64,000 nt of DNA from Podarcis pityusensis (lineage: Eukaryota): the NCBI GenBank assembly GCA_964106645.2, contig OZ067039.1; one strand, 5' to 3'. Of the stretch, positions 12,421 through 25,879 are shown one piece after another. The notes below the pieces were generated by a model. The model worked only from the letters and a program-made list of their open reading frames with translations, had not been told where the DNA came from and did not search any database. A program made the position numbers and the translations under genes. The first letter of the stretch is position 1; every line of letters starts with the position of its first letter.

Positions 12421-15400
12421 CTGTGACTCCAGATAATTTTTGGAAGGTTGAAATCCCCCTTTTTGCTCCCTGCATCCCAAAGTACACATTCTGCACCATA
12501 TCTGTAACTCCTTTCTTCACTGAGCATCTGTTGTTGTGTTTCTGTTAACTTCCTCTACTTTTCTACTGCTTGTTGAGTTTTGTTATAACAATATATACTG
12601 CTAGCAATTCACACACTGAGGGAACATCAGACGCAGGCAGGCTGAGCCATGCATGACTGCAACATGATGGAAAAAGTGGTACCAATTCCAACATGTGGCT
12701 CTGAATCCAGGGAGGAGAACAGCAACACAAAATATGATCTGTGCATTCTCCCATCACCACCAGTGGTGGGCCTGCATAGGCCATGGTTGCTTCCATAGGC
12801 CTCAAACAGGCCTTTGGAATCTCCCCCAGGGTCACATTCTGGCCTTGCGGCCTTATGTTCTGCAGGCCCAATCTCAATATAGAATTCAGTAACAGGCAAT
12901 GGCAGCAAAGGCTTGAAACTTACTATGCACGGTTATCTTTCCCCTCATAACTAGCACATAACCCAGTGGGATAAGTCAGCACTGGAGAGCACTGAGTATA
13001 GAGTGAGCCTAGCATGCATTATCCTTGGAAGTACTGAGGTCATACTGAAATAAAGGAAGAAATGTTCATCACCCTCCACGCTAATAAATTGGGGACAGAA
13101 ATCAGAAGTCCCAGCTCACACTTTCTTGCATGAATACTGAACAGTGGTCCTCTTTCATCAAAGGCTGTGAGTCTAAATCTCATGTGAGGTGGATATTGCT
13201 CTGGCCACTAGGCTACCTATGTTGCCATGGAAACGGGCCTGGAATCCAGTGTGCCCACAGCCAGAAGGCCTTTCTGGTGCTGTTTCAGTCAAAGGGAAAT
13301 ATTAAAGTGACACTTGATCAGTGCCTACCCAAGGCTCATATATTTCTCCTGCCCCATACCCCTGGGATCTGAAATTTAATGTGTGGTGATAACAGAGGGC
13401 AGGAACCAGGCGTGTTCCAGCTCTGGGGGGAATGGCATATAGAGAGATGTTTTGCTCCATTATTGGGCTGCCCTGTAGTCTCTATTCACCAAAAGAAGGG
13501 TGTAAACATGGGATTAAGTATTTTTGACACAGAAGAAACAACAACCCACTCCCCAGCCATAATCCCCATAGCCAAGCCTGATAACAGGCCCCTGCTGGCA
13601 GACAGATGCTCTGACAGCTGCTACTCGCCCCCCAGCTGAGCTACAATGGGGCCTTTGCTGAATTAAACACAATAGCTTCTCCATCTTCTGGCCCACCCCC
13701 TGTGCTCTGACCCACAATGCCAATTTCATTTGTAGGTTAAGGACAAGGAAATGTCCACTCATAATGGGAATGTGTACACTGTATTGCCAAGCTAAGAAAA
13801 ATATCCACTGCCTTGTACAGGAATTTTTGGTTTGCACAGCTTGACCTGAAAGAGGAATGACATCTTGTGGGAGTGTCAGGGAAAAGGCTTGGGAACCAGA
13901 TTTTAGAGAAGTGGGGATAGGAGCTGTCAGGACTCCCAGGGTCTTTACACCAGGCCCGGCCCATCCCAAGTTGTTTGCACACACCCTCTGTGTTTTGTGT
14001 TCTGCATACGTGATATGAAAAAGCATGTCACTTTTCCAGAGGGAGCCACAATGAAGGACTCTGTATTTTTAATGAAATGCAAGGGAACAAGAAAACATAA
14101 AATAAAAGTGCTGTTTCCAGTGGTCCCTGCCTCCCATGCCCCCTGCTGTTGAATTCTGCCTAGTGCGGCAGATGGGTGCTTGCAATCACAGCAGGAGCGT
14201 GTTTCCTCCTGAGCATTTTGACTCCTGCAAGTTTCCCCAACTTGGAAGGGGATGCTGACAGCTACTGCACAGAGGGAAGAGAGATACAGCTGTCCCACTC
14301 TTGGCTTCCTTGCCTGGGTCTCTGGCAACAAGACAGTGATTCCCCATGGAAGCTGAGGGCACAACATGAGCAAGCAGTTGTAAATTTCCTCATAGAATAA
14401 AAGAGTATGGCTTAGCTCAGAGCAGGACAAGAGATGGGGTGAAATAGGACCATATATATCACAGCCAGGGAACACTGTGTCCTGAACAAGAGCCATTCTC
14501 TCCACGTTCCCTACACTGCCCAAATTTAATATGGGATGCAGGCAGAACAACGGCTGATGCAGAAATAATCCCCACTTCAGTGGCACCTTCCATACTCCAT
14601 TGCAGTGACTAATAACATTTTGGACTAATAAACCTGCAAATGGGTCTCCAGCCTGAGAAAGCCTGCTATGAAGGGGCACAACTGAGGCTCAAGGAGGCAG
14701 GACCATACAAAAACAAGCATTCATTAACAACAACAACAAAAATTGTGCAAAATATACAACACAGAAGCTCAAGCTAAAGTTTTGCAGCACAGTGTATTCT
14801 ACTAAACCTTGCCCACAGGAGACTACATCTTTTTAAAATTATGCAATGGATGAGAGTGCCCACCACTCTCCCTGTTTCCCTAAGCATAGCAGTCTTTTGA
14901 CTGAGGCCTCATATACTCATATATATTTTTTACTCTGTAAGACTGGTAATACACCATCGGAGGGGCTACCTTCTTATCAGGATTGTAGGCACAATAGTTA
15001 TAACTTGTATGGCAGAGTTGGCTAACTTCTGCACAAATTTTGGCAGTGGCAAAAAAAAGGGGGAGACAATTAAAGTGGACACAGAACTCTGGTATGCAGA
15101 GAAGAACTACATATGAGGTGTGAGGGGGCCACACCAACCAAGCCTCCAGGAGGTTTGGTCAAGGATGAATGTGGCCCTCGGGCTAAAAAAAGGTTAGCTG
15201 CATGGCGTACAAGAGTGTTTCTGTGACCAAATTGGTTCACATACTATCAGTGTTGACAGAAGAGCACCATGTAACCATGCTTACTGGTATTTATTCCTGT
15301 AAGGGAGCATGTCCACAACCAACCAGTGACTCTGATTGTCATCAGTATTCAATAACTGTTAGCATTCTTATGACCATGTACCATGTGGAGTTAGCACTTA

Positions 15401-16457
15401 CCCAATTTACTACTCTGGAAAGAAGTATTATTGATCATCATGATGGCCACAATTTGTGCAGCACTTTTATTAAAGTGCAGAGCACTTTATAAACTTTTTT
15501 GTTCGCTCCCATTTGAATATACAATCAATAAGGAAAATACCTGCAGCTGCATCTGGTTCGTGCCTCTCTCAGGCCTGGTCCCCTTTTTCCCTACCTCACA
15601 TCATCATTCCCTTGCTTCTTGCAACACAATACTCCCCAGCAATTGTGTCAGCACAAACTGATGGGAGAGATTATCCCCTGCAGAGCCTTTCATGTTAATT
15701 TCCTGCTTCACCATGCAAACTGACCCAAAGAATCCCAGCTTAAGCTCGAGATTTAACAAGCAGGCTGAAAGCTGCCCCCATGCTGCCCCTTCCCACTATT
15801 GAGAGAATGCTGTCCAACTCCAGCCTCAGCAGGGTCCCATGTCTTTGTCCTGCAGCACTTCACCTTGTTTGCTCTGGGCTTTGTGAAGCAGGGCCAGGAG
15901 TACGCTTCCCCAGGCAGGGCTGTGTGCATTAAAGACACTTCAAAAACCCTCCCTAATTATGGATTTATCATCTCTCCACAAGGCTGCTCTCTCACTCTTT
16001 CTCTCTTGGGAAAAGACGCCGCTTCTTAAGAAACTGCCTAATTACATCTAAAACTGCCAAATTATTGCATTACCCCCAAGAGGGCGGCGATGTACATATC
16101 TCTGTAATGTACACCAGGGTGAGACAGCAGCCAGATGTAGGCCTGGAAGAGATTATTACACAAGGGAAGCAAAAGGGCATTTGTAGCGTGTCTGTAGCTG
16201 GCGCAGTGTGATCCAGTGACTGAACACTGGAGTTGGAACAAAAACAATGGGCCTTTAATTCTCAGCTTTGGAAGATGAGTAGGGTCTGGATGGAGAAAGC
16301 AGAAAAAGGCTCGGTAGGAAGATGGACCCACAGATGCGATGCCTGTTTATTGCTGCATGACCGTTAGGGAAGCCTTCTCTCTCCCCATCTTGCAGACAGC
16401 AGGCTTAAGCCATTTGCTTTGCATGATACAGCCCTTGCAAAGTCCCTGGGAGGAAAG

Positions 16458-16659
16458 GGGGAAAGCGTAGCTCACTAACAGAGCACATGCTTTGCACATA
16501 GAAGGTCCCAATCCCAGGCAAAGAACAAAGTAAAGAGGACTAGGTAGCAGATGATCAAAAAGGCCTTTGACCGGAACCCCTGAGAGCTGCTGCCGTTCAA
16601 AGCAGACAACACTGGCCTAGATGGGCAAATATTTTAAAAGGCAGGGGCTTATGTTCCTA
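16458..16659 (+). mobile_element. tRNA-derived SINE (Squam3-like)
   Basis: tRNA-like head GTAGCTCA..AGAGCACATGCTTTGCA..GAAGGTCCCA and 3' end CTTATGTTCCTA shared with the other copies. Confidence 0.7.
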
Positions 16660-16892
16660 AGCATGACTGAAAAGGCAGCAGCATGTGAAGAGACCTCTTT
16701 GCTTTCAAGTCTCAAGTTCTTAGGCAGTTCTGTAGGCAGCAAAGGGTCCCAGAACAGGAATTCAGTTGGCCTCTCTCTCCAGCTTGGTTGGCAGCTTAAC
16801 CTCAGCTACCATGTTTGGAGCACCTGTCTAGCCCAATACCTATTTCCACACAGGATTAGCATCCTCTCTTTTTACATCCCTTATCCATCCTA

Positions 16893-17035
16893 ACTTCAGT
16901 GGGGGTATTTAAGCAGAGGCTGGACAGCCACCTGTCATGGATACTGTAGCAGCTCCCTGCACTGCAGGTCCTGTGCTGAGCAATGGGTTGGAGTAGATGT
17001 CCTCCCCAGCTTCTTCCAGCACTGTAATTCTATAT
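16893..17035 (+). mobile_element. CR1 LINE 3' end
   Basis: AAGCAGAGGCTGGACAGCCACCTGTC...GGGTTGGAGTAGATG...ATTCTAT, the typical CR1 3'-UTR. Confidence 0.7.
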
Positions 17036-17505
17036 GACTTGGTGCCTCTGCAATCTAGTCACGAGCCTACCGCTGATCACCTGTTAGGTCAATTGCACAC
17101 GTGTCTAAATAAAAGGTGGTGATAATGCTGGGTGACTTCTCCACACTTTGCCTTGAGGCCAATCAATTTCCATTTTAATGAAAAATCTCCTATGCAGGCC
17201 ATGCTAGAGTCACAATGTGGTGCAGTCAATGTGGGGGAGCTGAGTTGTGCTGCTTATCGGGAGTAGATCCCAAGGCTCGTGATACAGTTACCTTGCTGAA
17301 GCTAAGCAGCTCTTGAAACTGTTCAGTACTTTGGTGCCTGTGCACACTGCCTTGATGTATTCCATCATGGAAGAAAAGCAGGAGATAAATATCACATGCG
17401 CTAGCCATAGGTACAATCATATTTCATTGCTCCAAACTGCGGCAGTGACCCACAACCCAAGTAAAGAACTGCATTTCCCCAGCAACTTTGGAGCTGCAAG
17501 AAAAT

Positions 17506-18170
17506 CTTCTTTCTTTTTTGGCAATCACTCATAGATTGTCATTCCATGATTGTCTTCCATGAACACGGTCACAACAGTGAGTCCATAAGTGACTGTGGGT
17601 GCCAATTCTTGATCCATGGTCCTTCCACAGTGGGGACATAGGTTTCCGGGTGGGAGTTGATCATGGTGAGGGTTTACCTTCCTCTTAGCTTGTTTCTCCC
17701 TTTCATCCTGAGTTTGTGCTTCTTCAAAGTCCATGTCAGCTTTGGTAAAGGCTGTTCTCCAGTTGGAGCGCTCGCAGGTCAGTGTTTCCCAATTGTTGGT
17801 GTTTATACTACAATTTTAAAGATTTGCCTTGAGGGAGTCTTTAAACCTCTTTTGTTGACCACCAGCATTAAGTCTGGAATAGAGTAGTTGCTTTGGAAGA
17901 CGATAATCAGGCATCTGAAAAACATGACCAGTCCAATGAAGTTGACGGTGAAGAATCATTGCTTCGACGCTAGTGATTTTTGCTTCTTCCAGTACACTGA
18001 CATTTGTTCGCCTGTCTTCCCAAGTGATATATAAAATTTTTTTCAGAGACACCATTAATGGAATCTTTTGAGGAGTTGGATATGGCGTTTATAAGTGGTC
18101 CATGTTTCACAAGCATACAGTAAGGTTGGTAGTACAATAGTTTTGTAAACAAGCATTTTGGTTTCCCTGC
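17506..18170 (-). mobile_element. RTE-clade LINE, 5'-truncated 3' end
   Basis: Peptides TKMLVYKTIVLPTLLYACETW and KKILYITWEDRRTNVSVLEEAKITSVEAMILHRQLHWTGHVFQMPDYRLPKQLLY..GGQQKRFKDSLKANL, a C-terminal CPHCGR zinc-finger remnant, then an A-rich tail. Confidence 0.9.
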
Positions 18171-20059
18171 AAATGGAGCTCCAATTAAATGTATTATCCT
18201 TGAAAGAAAGGTGCTTCCCAGTAGGAAGATAGTTGTGTTCTGTGTATCAAATGAACTACCACTGCACATTGGTTGTGGAATAAACTGATCAAAGTCCTAC
18301 TTTCAACCTATTTATTCAAGCTGGAAACTATTTTGTGCACAGAATGGCTCCATTTTGAAAGCAAAACCTGGCAGTAGGGGATATTCATGTTTTAAATATC
18401 AACCTGCTACCATAAAAGCACTGATACATTGTGGTTCTATGGCTAGCATTGTTTTAGGACTATGCTTAGAAGCAGCAAGTTAACTCAGCTGTCATATTTG
18501 ATTCTTCAAATGGCTGCATTACGTTTCTAATTTGGGGAAAATGGGGAAAGATACAACAAACTAATTATTAAGCACCCTTAAAGTCATTTGACAGGGGGAC
18601 AATATTTTCCCCATTCTGTCAAGTCCCACCTCCCCCTTATAGTCTACTTTAGAATAACAGCAACTCACAATGGCCAGAGCAAAGAGCTGCAAAAAGAAAA
18701 AAAGGGGGGGAAAGACAGTCCTCTGGAACGCTGAGGCCAGCTCCACTGGATTTATTGGCATTCAGAAGTCTGGATTCCTCTTCCAAATACAAAGGTGCCC
18801 TGGCAACTCCTGGCATTAAGCTGCTTCCCCCTCGGTGTGTCCTGTGCTTTGCATAAGGAGAATCACAGTTTTTATTAGGAGGAAATACAGAGCCCTCATG
18901 GACAGACAGCTGGCACAGAACTCAGGGTTTCTGCATTCCCTTTCCAGCTGCGGAAGAGAAACAGGAGAAACTGGTACAGTACGGAGGGTGTATTCTTGCT
19001 GCAATACATGGCTATTTCCTCAGCTTGCAGCTCATTCAATTCACCTCGCCATTCAGCATCTGAGGCCACTTTCCGAAATGACACCAGGGGCCTTTCAAGA
19101 TGATTGAAACCCCCACATTTTATACTTACTGCTGCCAACAGCAGCTGGTGCAGAGGTGTGCTGGGAGGTAAGAGGCCACTGCGACTTGCAAGGACCCACC
19201 ATCACGTGCGAGGTGCAAGGCTGCAGGGGTGGGGCAGCACTCCACATGCTTCACTTACTCATTCATTCATTCATTATTTAAAACTATTTTAAAAATGTAA
19301 ATAGCTGCCGACTGGGTAGCAGTGCTCTGCACCAGCTGCTGTCAGTGCCCATGACCAGCCTGGATGCTCTTAGCCAGTCCGCAGTCCTGCACACTGTGAC
19401 TGTGGCCTCCCCCTGACTCCATGGCCATCTTGCATCATCTCTTGCCAGAAAGAGCACTGGCTACTCTCCCAGCGAAAGCCTCTACCTGACTCTTGCCTCC
19501 TGCCCAGCACATCACTGGGTTGGCCAGCACCAACCCAAGTGCTATTGTTTCGGCAACAGCAGTGCTTTATCCATAGTGTAGGTGGCAAGATAATTGTGGG
19601 GTCGGGAGGGGGAATCTCCCCCCCCCAAGCAAAGGGAGATACACGCTTCAGCACAAGAATAGGGTGATTGACAACAAAATTAGGATTAAGACAAAGCTGT
19701 ATTTCCAAATAGCAGAACATTGCAATAAAGGATAACATTGATGGTCAGCACAAATTTGTTCTTTGCTTTTCAAGAGTAACAGAAAAGCTCCCAGGCCATG
19801 GGAGTAGCTGGAGAATGTTCAGCCTAAAGGATATATGAAATAATTTCAGCTGTGAGGCAGAGAGTCAGGACACATGTCACAACCTGAACCCATGATTTTC
19901 AGGCAACCTCATTCTGAACTAAGCTCACATAATGACTCCAGTGGGTAGAACGCTGGGATGAGGACTAAGGAAGCCTAAGCTTGCATCTCCACTTAGCTAT
20001 GAGGATAAAACTGTGGGGCAGGCATGTACTCAGCCCCAACTTCTTAGTTGGGCAGGATT

Positions 20060-20209
20060 TGCATATCAAATTTGCAAATGACATCAAACTGGGAACAGTA
20101 GCTTATGCCGCAGAAGACAGAATCGGGATTCAAGATGACCTAAACAGATTGGAGAACTGGGCCCAAACTAACAAAATGAATTTTAATAGGGACAAATGTA
20201 AGGTTCTGT
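20060..20209 (+). mobile_element. CR1 LINE reverse-transcriptase fragment
   Basis: IKFANDIKLGTVA..EDRIGIQDDLNRLENWAQTNKMNFNRDKCKVL corresponds to the CR1 RT (F)ADD motif region. Confidence 0.88.
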
Positions 20210-21428
20210 GGTTGAAGTACACACACACTTTTTTATGTTCTTATAGTCTGCCATTTTGTCCAAACCAGCAAATTGAACTTGCCCTGCAAACCAGGATTGG
20301 AAATCAGGGGTTGATCCTGGTTTGCAGCAAGGAAAGGATAAGCGATAGTTTGATGATTCAGACAAAAGGGCAAACAAACTCTAAAGCTTGTCTCAGCCCT
20401 GTGTTATCCATTAGGAAGGGGCACTTGGCAGAACAAGGAGGGGAAGTCACCATGGCATTGTTGCGGATGGCTGTGGAGAAAATACAGCCGCTGTCTATAT
20501 TTAAATAGATGAGCCTATGCAAATGAGCAGTGGCTGCAGATGCTCTCTCCTTCTTCCCCTCCCACAAGAGTAGTGACATTTTGTATGCCTATAGAGTCCC
20601 TTCAGGGCAGGGCAGGTTCTTAGTGTTGTTTTCCCCACATCACATGATACATTCTCCACCCTTTCTATGCAAAAGAAAAAAGAAATTAAAAAACCCCATT
20701 CATCTACTCACCTGTTAAGTTTGCATACTACAATGATCCCAGGCTGTCTCTCTGCATATCCAGTCTTCCTGCTCTAGACAAACTGAGCTCTTTTAATCAC
20801 ACTTATTTAAATCCTCTAAAACCCTTTAATCATTTTTGGCAACTTCTCTATATTTCCTCTCACTTGATTACAGTTTTGTCTCCCCCACATTGGGACCCTG
20901 GATTGTCCCCAGAGTCTCACAGATGGGACATGTGCCTCTCACCTGATGGAGAGATATAAAGCTGCCTTTTTATCTCAAAGTAGAGTGATTACTAGAAAAG
21001 TATCTCATCCCGCCCCCAGCCCTTCATTCATTCCCTGAAAGCAGGTCGTGCCCTAGAGCCAATTTTAACAAAATGTGTTTGGGGACAGATCTAGGAACAA
21101 TATGGGTGCTTCCTGAATATTGAAGAGTATTGTGGCTTCAGAACAGTAAGACAGGAGCAAGGGATCTGTGGTTCTCTAGTTGCTGGACCACAAGTCCCAC
21201 CATCCCTGACCATTGGCCATACCAAACCAATGGAGGCCCTCTAACATCTGGAGGGCCTCAGGTTCCTCATCCCTGAAATAAGCAATTAAGGCAGGCTCCT
21301 ACCAGATTCAGTATTTACAAATTGTAATTGAGAAGCACAAAGCACAGAAGGGAATAGAAAGAAATGTGACAACCGAGGAGGGGGGCAGAAAGGAACCTAA
21401 AATCCACATTTGAAAATATTTGAATATA

Positions 21429-21687
21429 CCGTATTTTTTGCTCTATAAGACTCACTTTTTCCCTCCTAAAAAGTAAGGGGAAATGTGTGTGCGTCTTATG
21501 GAGCGAATGCAGGCTGCGCAGCTATCCCAGAAGGCAGAACAGCAAGAGGGATTGCTGCTTTCACTGTGCAGCGATCCCTCTTGCTGTTCTGGCTTCTGAG
21601 ATTCAGAATATTTTTTTTCTTGTTTTCCTCCTCCAAAAACTAGGTGCGTCTTGTGGTCTGGTGCGTCTTATAGAGCGAAAAATACGG
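21429..21687 (+). mobile_element. Tc1/mariner-superfamily (Tc2-like) MITE, copy 1
   Basis: TIRs CCGTATTTTT(T/C)GCTCTATAAGAC; TA at both flanks (21427-28, 21688-89); 259 bp; internal 31-bp hairpin. Strand is arbitrary. Confidence 0.9.
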
Positions 21688-24600
21688 TAATTTTATATAA
21701 AAACTATTGAGGGGAATATTCACAGAAGCTTAGCTGAGGGGGGAAAGACAGATTCAGAATGGCATTTGGGATAGTCTGCACCAGGAACTAATTGGACTGT
21801 CTCTCCAAGAGATAACCACACAAACACCCAGTTCAGAGAGATGTCCATGTTGCTGAAAAACTCTAACCTCTCTCCATTCTCTGCCACAGTGGAAACATGG
21901 TGACCCTAAGAAGGTGTTTTTGTCCTCGACTACCTGGATTGGGAGAACTTTGGGGCAGAGACTACCTTTGGTTCTTCATTTGCTCACTGCCTAGCACAGC
22001 AGGGCCCTGAGCACAAACAGGGTTGCTCTGTAATAGAAACAGTAATGTCACCATCATGCTGGGACTAATTCTCGCTCCTTCTGACTCTATTTGCACGGGG
22101 CTGTGCATGGATCAATATAAGCCAATGCACTTGCCAGCTGATAAATTATCCTCACACAGCTTAGAGCCACGGCTAAGGTGTAACCCTTTATCTACCTGGC
22201 ATGTAGGTCTTAAATTGGATGCAGGTCATCAAGCCTTTAGCAAGGAGATAAGGCTTCAAAGTAAAGGCAGATCACAGAATCAACCACCAACAGTTGTCAT
22301 CCACAGAGTACTGGGTTTCCTCAAGCTGTGCTTTCCATCCTTGCTGGATTTCACTGGGCAATACAAGGGAGCAAGAGGAAAACAAGCAGGCCAGAGCTTA
22401 GCTCTTAGTTGTTACCTGTCAACAGAATAGGGACACTGACATCAGGGTCACTGCAATGTGTGTCAATGAGAGCTGTATGTTTTTATTTTTACTAGGATTC
22501 CACAGAATGCGCAAGTATGTACACAATGTGTGCTCTGCTGTCTAACCTTGATCAGAGAGCAGAATCAACATGCAGCTTGGTTAAAATCATCATTGTTCTG
22601 GATGAAAGCTAGAAGATTTGATGCCAATATGAAGGGAGGGAGCTTAGAAATCAGAATGCAAATAACAAGATTCCCTAAATTCTTGCATTTTGCCAGTCAA
22701 CTGACAGACTGAAATACCTGGGCAAAAGTGAAGTGTTCAGGCTGAGTCTTCTCTTGCACCATTTATGAATAATTATTGCTGGAATACACACACACTTACT
22801 GTGTCAGGCTAATGGTCTCTCTAGCCTCATTTTTATCTCTAACATGCCAGAAAATAGGGTTGCCAATAATCTGGCACAAGGCGTACTGATATACTGGACT
22901 CTCAGCCAACAGGAAGGTAAGACTCTGAGCTTTCTTTTTTTAAAGGCAATTCTCTAGCTCTCCTAGAAAGAAAGTTATGAAGCAAAATGTACAGGTAACC
23001 TTCTAAACAATTCTTGTGACATAAGCCAGCTTGGCTGCTCCTGCCAGTCAATGGTTTTAGCCAATGAGTGAAGTCAGAACTGTGATTGACAAGTGAGTTG
23101 TTTGGACAGCAGGCCATAGGAATTCTTGAGATCCTCAAAAGCTACTGTTTCCCCCTCCCGTTAGTGCACTTTTCCTGTTTCATTCTTATATTCAAGTAGT
23201 CCATGATATCTCCATAGTTTGCCCTTCTTCTCCCCTTAGCAACCAGGATGCATCTTTCCTGCGATGGGTTCGTCTGAGATCAAGCACTCCCTGTAAGTTA
23301 CTATCTGCAAATACTACTGCACAATAGGTTGGTGAGGGTGTTAAAATAATAGCCCTTTCCAATAGCAAATGCAAAATGTGAAAACTTTGCATAGAGGCTT
23401 AGGCATATTTCCTGCTGTGCAGGACTTACAGACATCCATTAAGAATTCACTGTGCAGTTAACATACATGTCTACACAGAAGCTTCATGTTAGGTGGGGCT
23501 TGCTTCCAGGTAAGTGGTTACAGAACTGCAGCCTAGGCTTTGGGTTGGCATTGGGGGAAAGTCTTGTGACCTTAACAGCTGTGTGGCAGGCAGAAATTCA
23601 ACAGCTTAAGACTTTTCTACTATGGGAATATAATTATGGGGGAAAGCCTCCCCTATCCTCATTCTGCTTGTCAAGACATTTTATTATGTGCATGGCCACT
23701 GATTTATTTTTGGACCCTCCACTCACCTGCAAAAGAGAATACAAATTTGCATATGACACAGCACATGCAAATGTTATGCAAATCTTTTGTGTCCTCGTTT
23801 GTGAGTGGGTCAGAGGGCCCAATCCACATTCAGTGTACTGGTTCCAGAGAACCCAGCTGGCACCCCTGACAGCAAAGGATACTAACAGAATTGTTAAGTC
23901 CTTATCAATCAATGGCAGCTTCTGACAGCCTAATGCTTAGGGTCAGCATCTGCAACAAAATGAGTGGCCTAACCATCGTAGTTAACAGCTGCTGATACCA
24001 TCTTCCACAACTCTGTCTTGGCCCCTTTTTAACCAATTATACAATTGCCTGTCACCATATCTGGTGGATAGATGTTAAATGAAAAAGGAAACCACTCAGT
24101 TCCATGCATAATGTTGTATGTCACCAAAATCTCCTACAAGCTTAGTTGTCTCTATTCTAAACAAAAGGGGTATCCTTTAGCTTTCACTTCTTGGTTTGAG
24201 CATATATATTTATTGCTCTTGCCTGATCTTTTCCCAATTCTGTTACACCCTTTTTCTTTCATTTTTTAAAGCAGAGCGGCTGAGTTGTGCACCATCTCAA
24301 AATACTCCAGCAAGATATAACCACATAGCACAGCAGGGACACATCTATACAGCTGATGCAGGCACAGATCCACATTTGGATGCATATTTTAAAATCTACT
24401 GCAGTGCTCAGTTGGGCCCCACTGGATGTGGACAGGAATAGACATCCATATCCAGGAACACTAGGTTTTGAGTGAGGCTAATGGCCAGAGCTGGAACAGA
24501 GCAATACGGATATTTTCTGTATTGTTTTCTAGCCCGTTTTTATTAACACAAGCCCTAACACTCTATTTCCCATTTTGGTGACAAAAACACATTGTGCAAT

Positions 24601-24989
24601 GCTACCACGTTATGGAAATTATTCCAAGATCTATTCATTGAATACCGATAGCTCATTAAGAAGCCCAATAGGGTGGGAGATAATTTGTTCTTGTTGTTCC
24701 TAACTTTACACACTGGGACTCAAGTCTTGTAAGGACCAAACTAGACATGAAATGAAGTTGCACTTCTCTTTCCCCTAATGGATTGGATTTATTTATTTTT
24801 TTAAAAAAAGGAAAAGGAGCCTCTGAGGCTGTGATCAGGAGACAAAGGAGTGCGGAGAGAGAAAGAGAGAGAGAATTGCTTAACCCTTTCCCATCAGGCT
24901 CTATCGTATCAGTTGTGGAGAAAACAAAGCCTAATGGAAGAGCAATTTATTCATTTGTCCAATATATTTATGAGGCGCCCTAGAAAATA

Positions 24990-25249
24990 CCGTATTTTTC
25001 GCTCTATAAGACACACCAGACCATAAGACGCACCTAGTTTTTGGAGGAGGAAAACAAGGGAAAAAAATATTCTGAATCTCAGAAGCCAGAACAACAAGAG
25101 GGATCGCTGCACAGCGAAAGCAGCAATCCCTCTTGCTGTTCTGGCTTCTGGGATAGCTGCGCAGCCTGCATTCGCTCCATAAGATGCACACACATTTCCC
25201 CTTATTTTTTAGGAGGGAAAAAGTGAGTGTTATAGAGCAAAAAATACGG
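24990..25249 (-). mobile_element. Tc1/mariner-superfamily (Tc2-like) MITE, copy 2, inverted relative to copy 1
   Basis: Same TIRs; TA flanks (24988-89, 25250-51); about 10 differences from copy 1 over 260 bp by manual alignment. Confidence 0.9.
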
Positions 25250-25879
25250 TAACTTTTCTAGGCATCACAGAGGATTATAAAATGTAAGAATAACAACCTA
25301 CAGCAGCCCAGAAACTCATGATCAGGGGTATTCTTTTTTAAAAAATTAGGTCTTCACAGGTTCACTTCTAGGTTTGTGGTTATAATTACGGGGGACTCTG
25401 ACATCAAGAGAGTCCCCAACTGCCCCACATGGTTTCCTACATACACTCTATAACATATGGGAGTGCTTTGGTTCACCTATCCCAGCACCCAATTATTTAA
25501 TCCCTCTCTCCCTCCACACACCATGGATTCAAATCCCTCTTTAAAACATTCCTCTTCCATAGAAGTCATTAGCTCAGCCTTTCCCAAACTTCAGATTTCC
25601 TGTCAGTGGCTGGGGCTGGAGGGCATTAGTATGAGGGAAGCCAGTGTTAGTTCATCCCTTTAGCTTTTGTCTCCCAATAAAACTAACCCTAAGCAAGTGC
25701 AACCGCCCTTGCACGTTTCCTCCAGTTATGCTTGGCTCTGTCACTATCTCCTCCCACGGTTCTCACTCCCTTGGTTGAAATTTAGACGTGGTGGAGCAAG
25801 GACTGTGAACATTGATGGCTATGTTAACATATTTGGTGGATGCACCTAGTCTGGCCTCGGTTTCTTCTTGCTCTGGTAA

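Noticed and set aside
13945-14679. Longest ORF in the track (244 aa)
   Set aside because: Non-ATG start, no recognisable domain and no convincing splice signals; consistent with chance.
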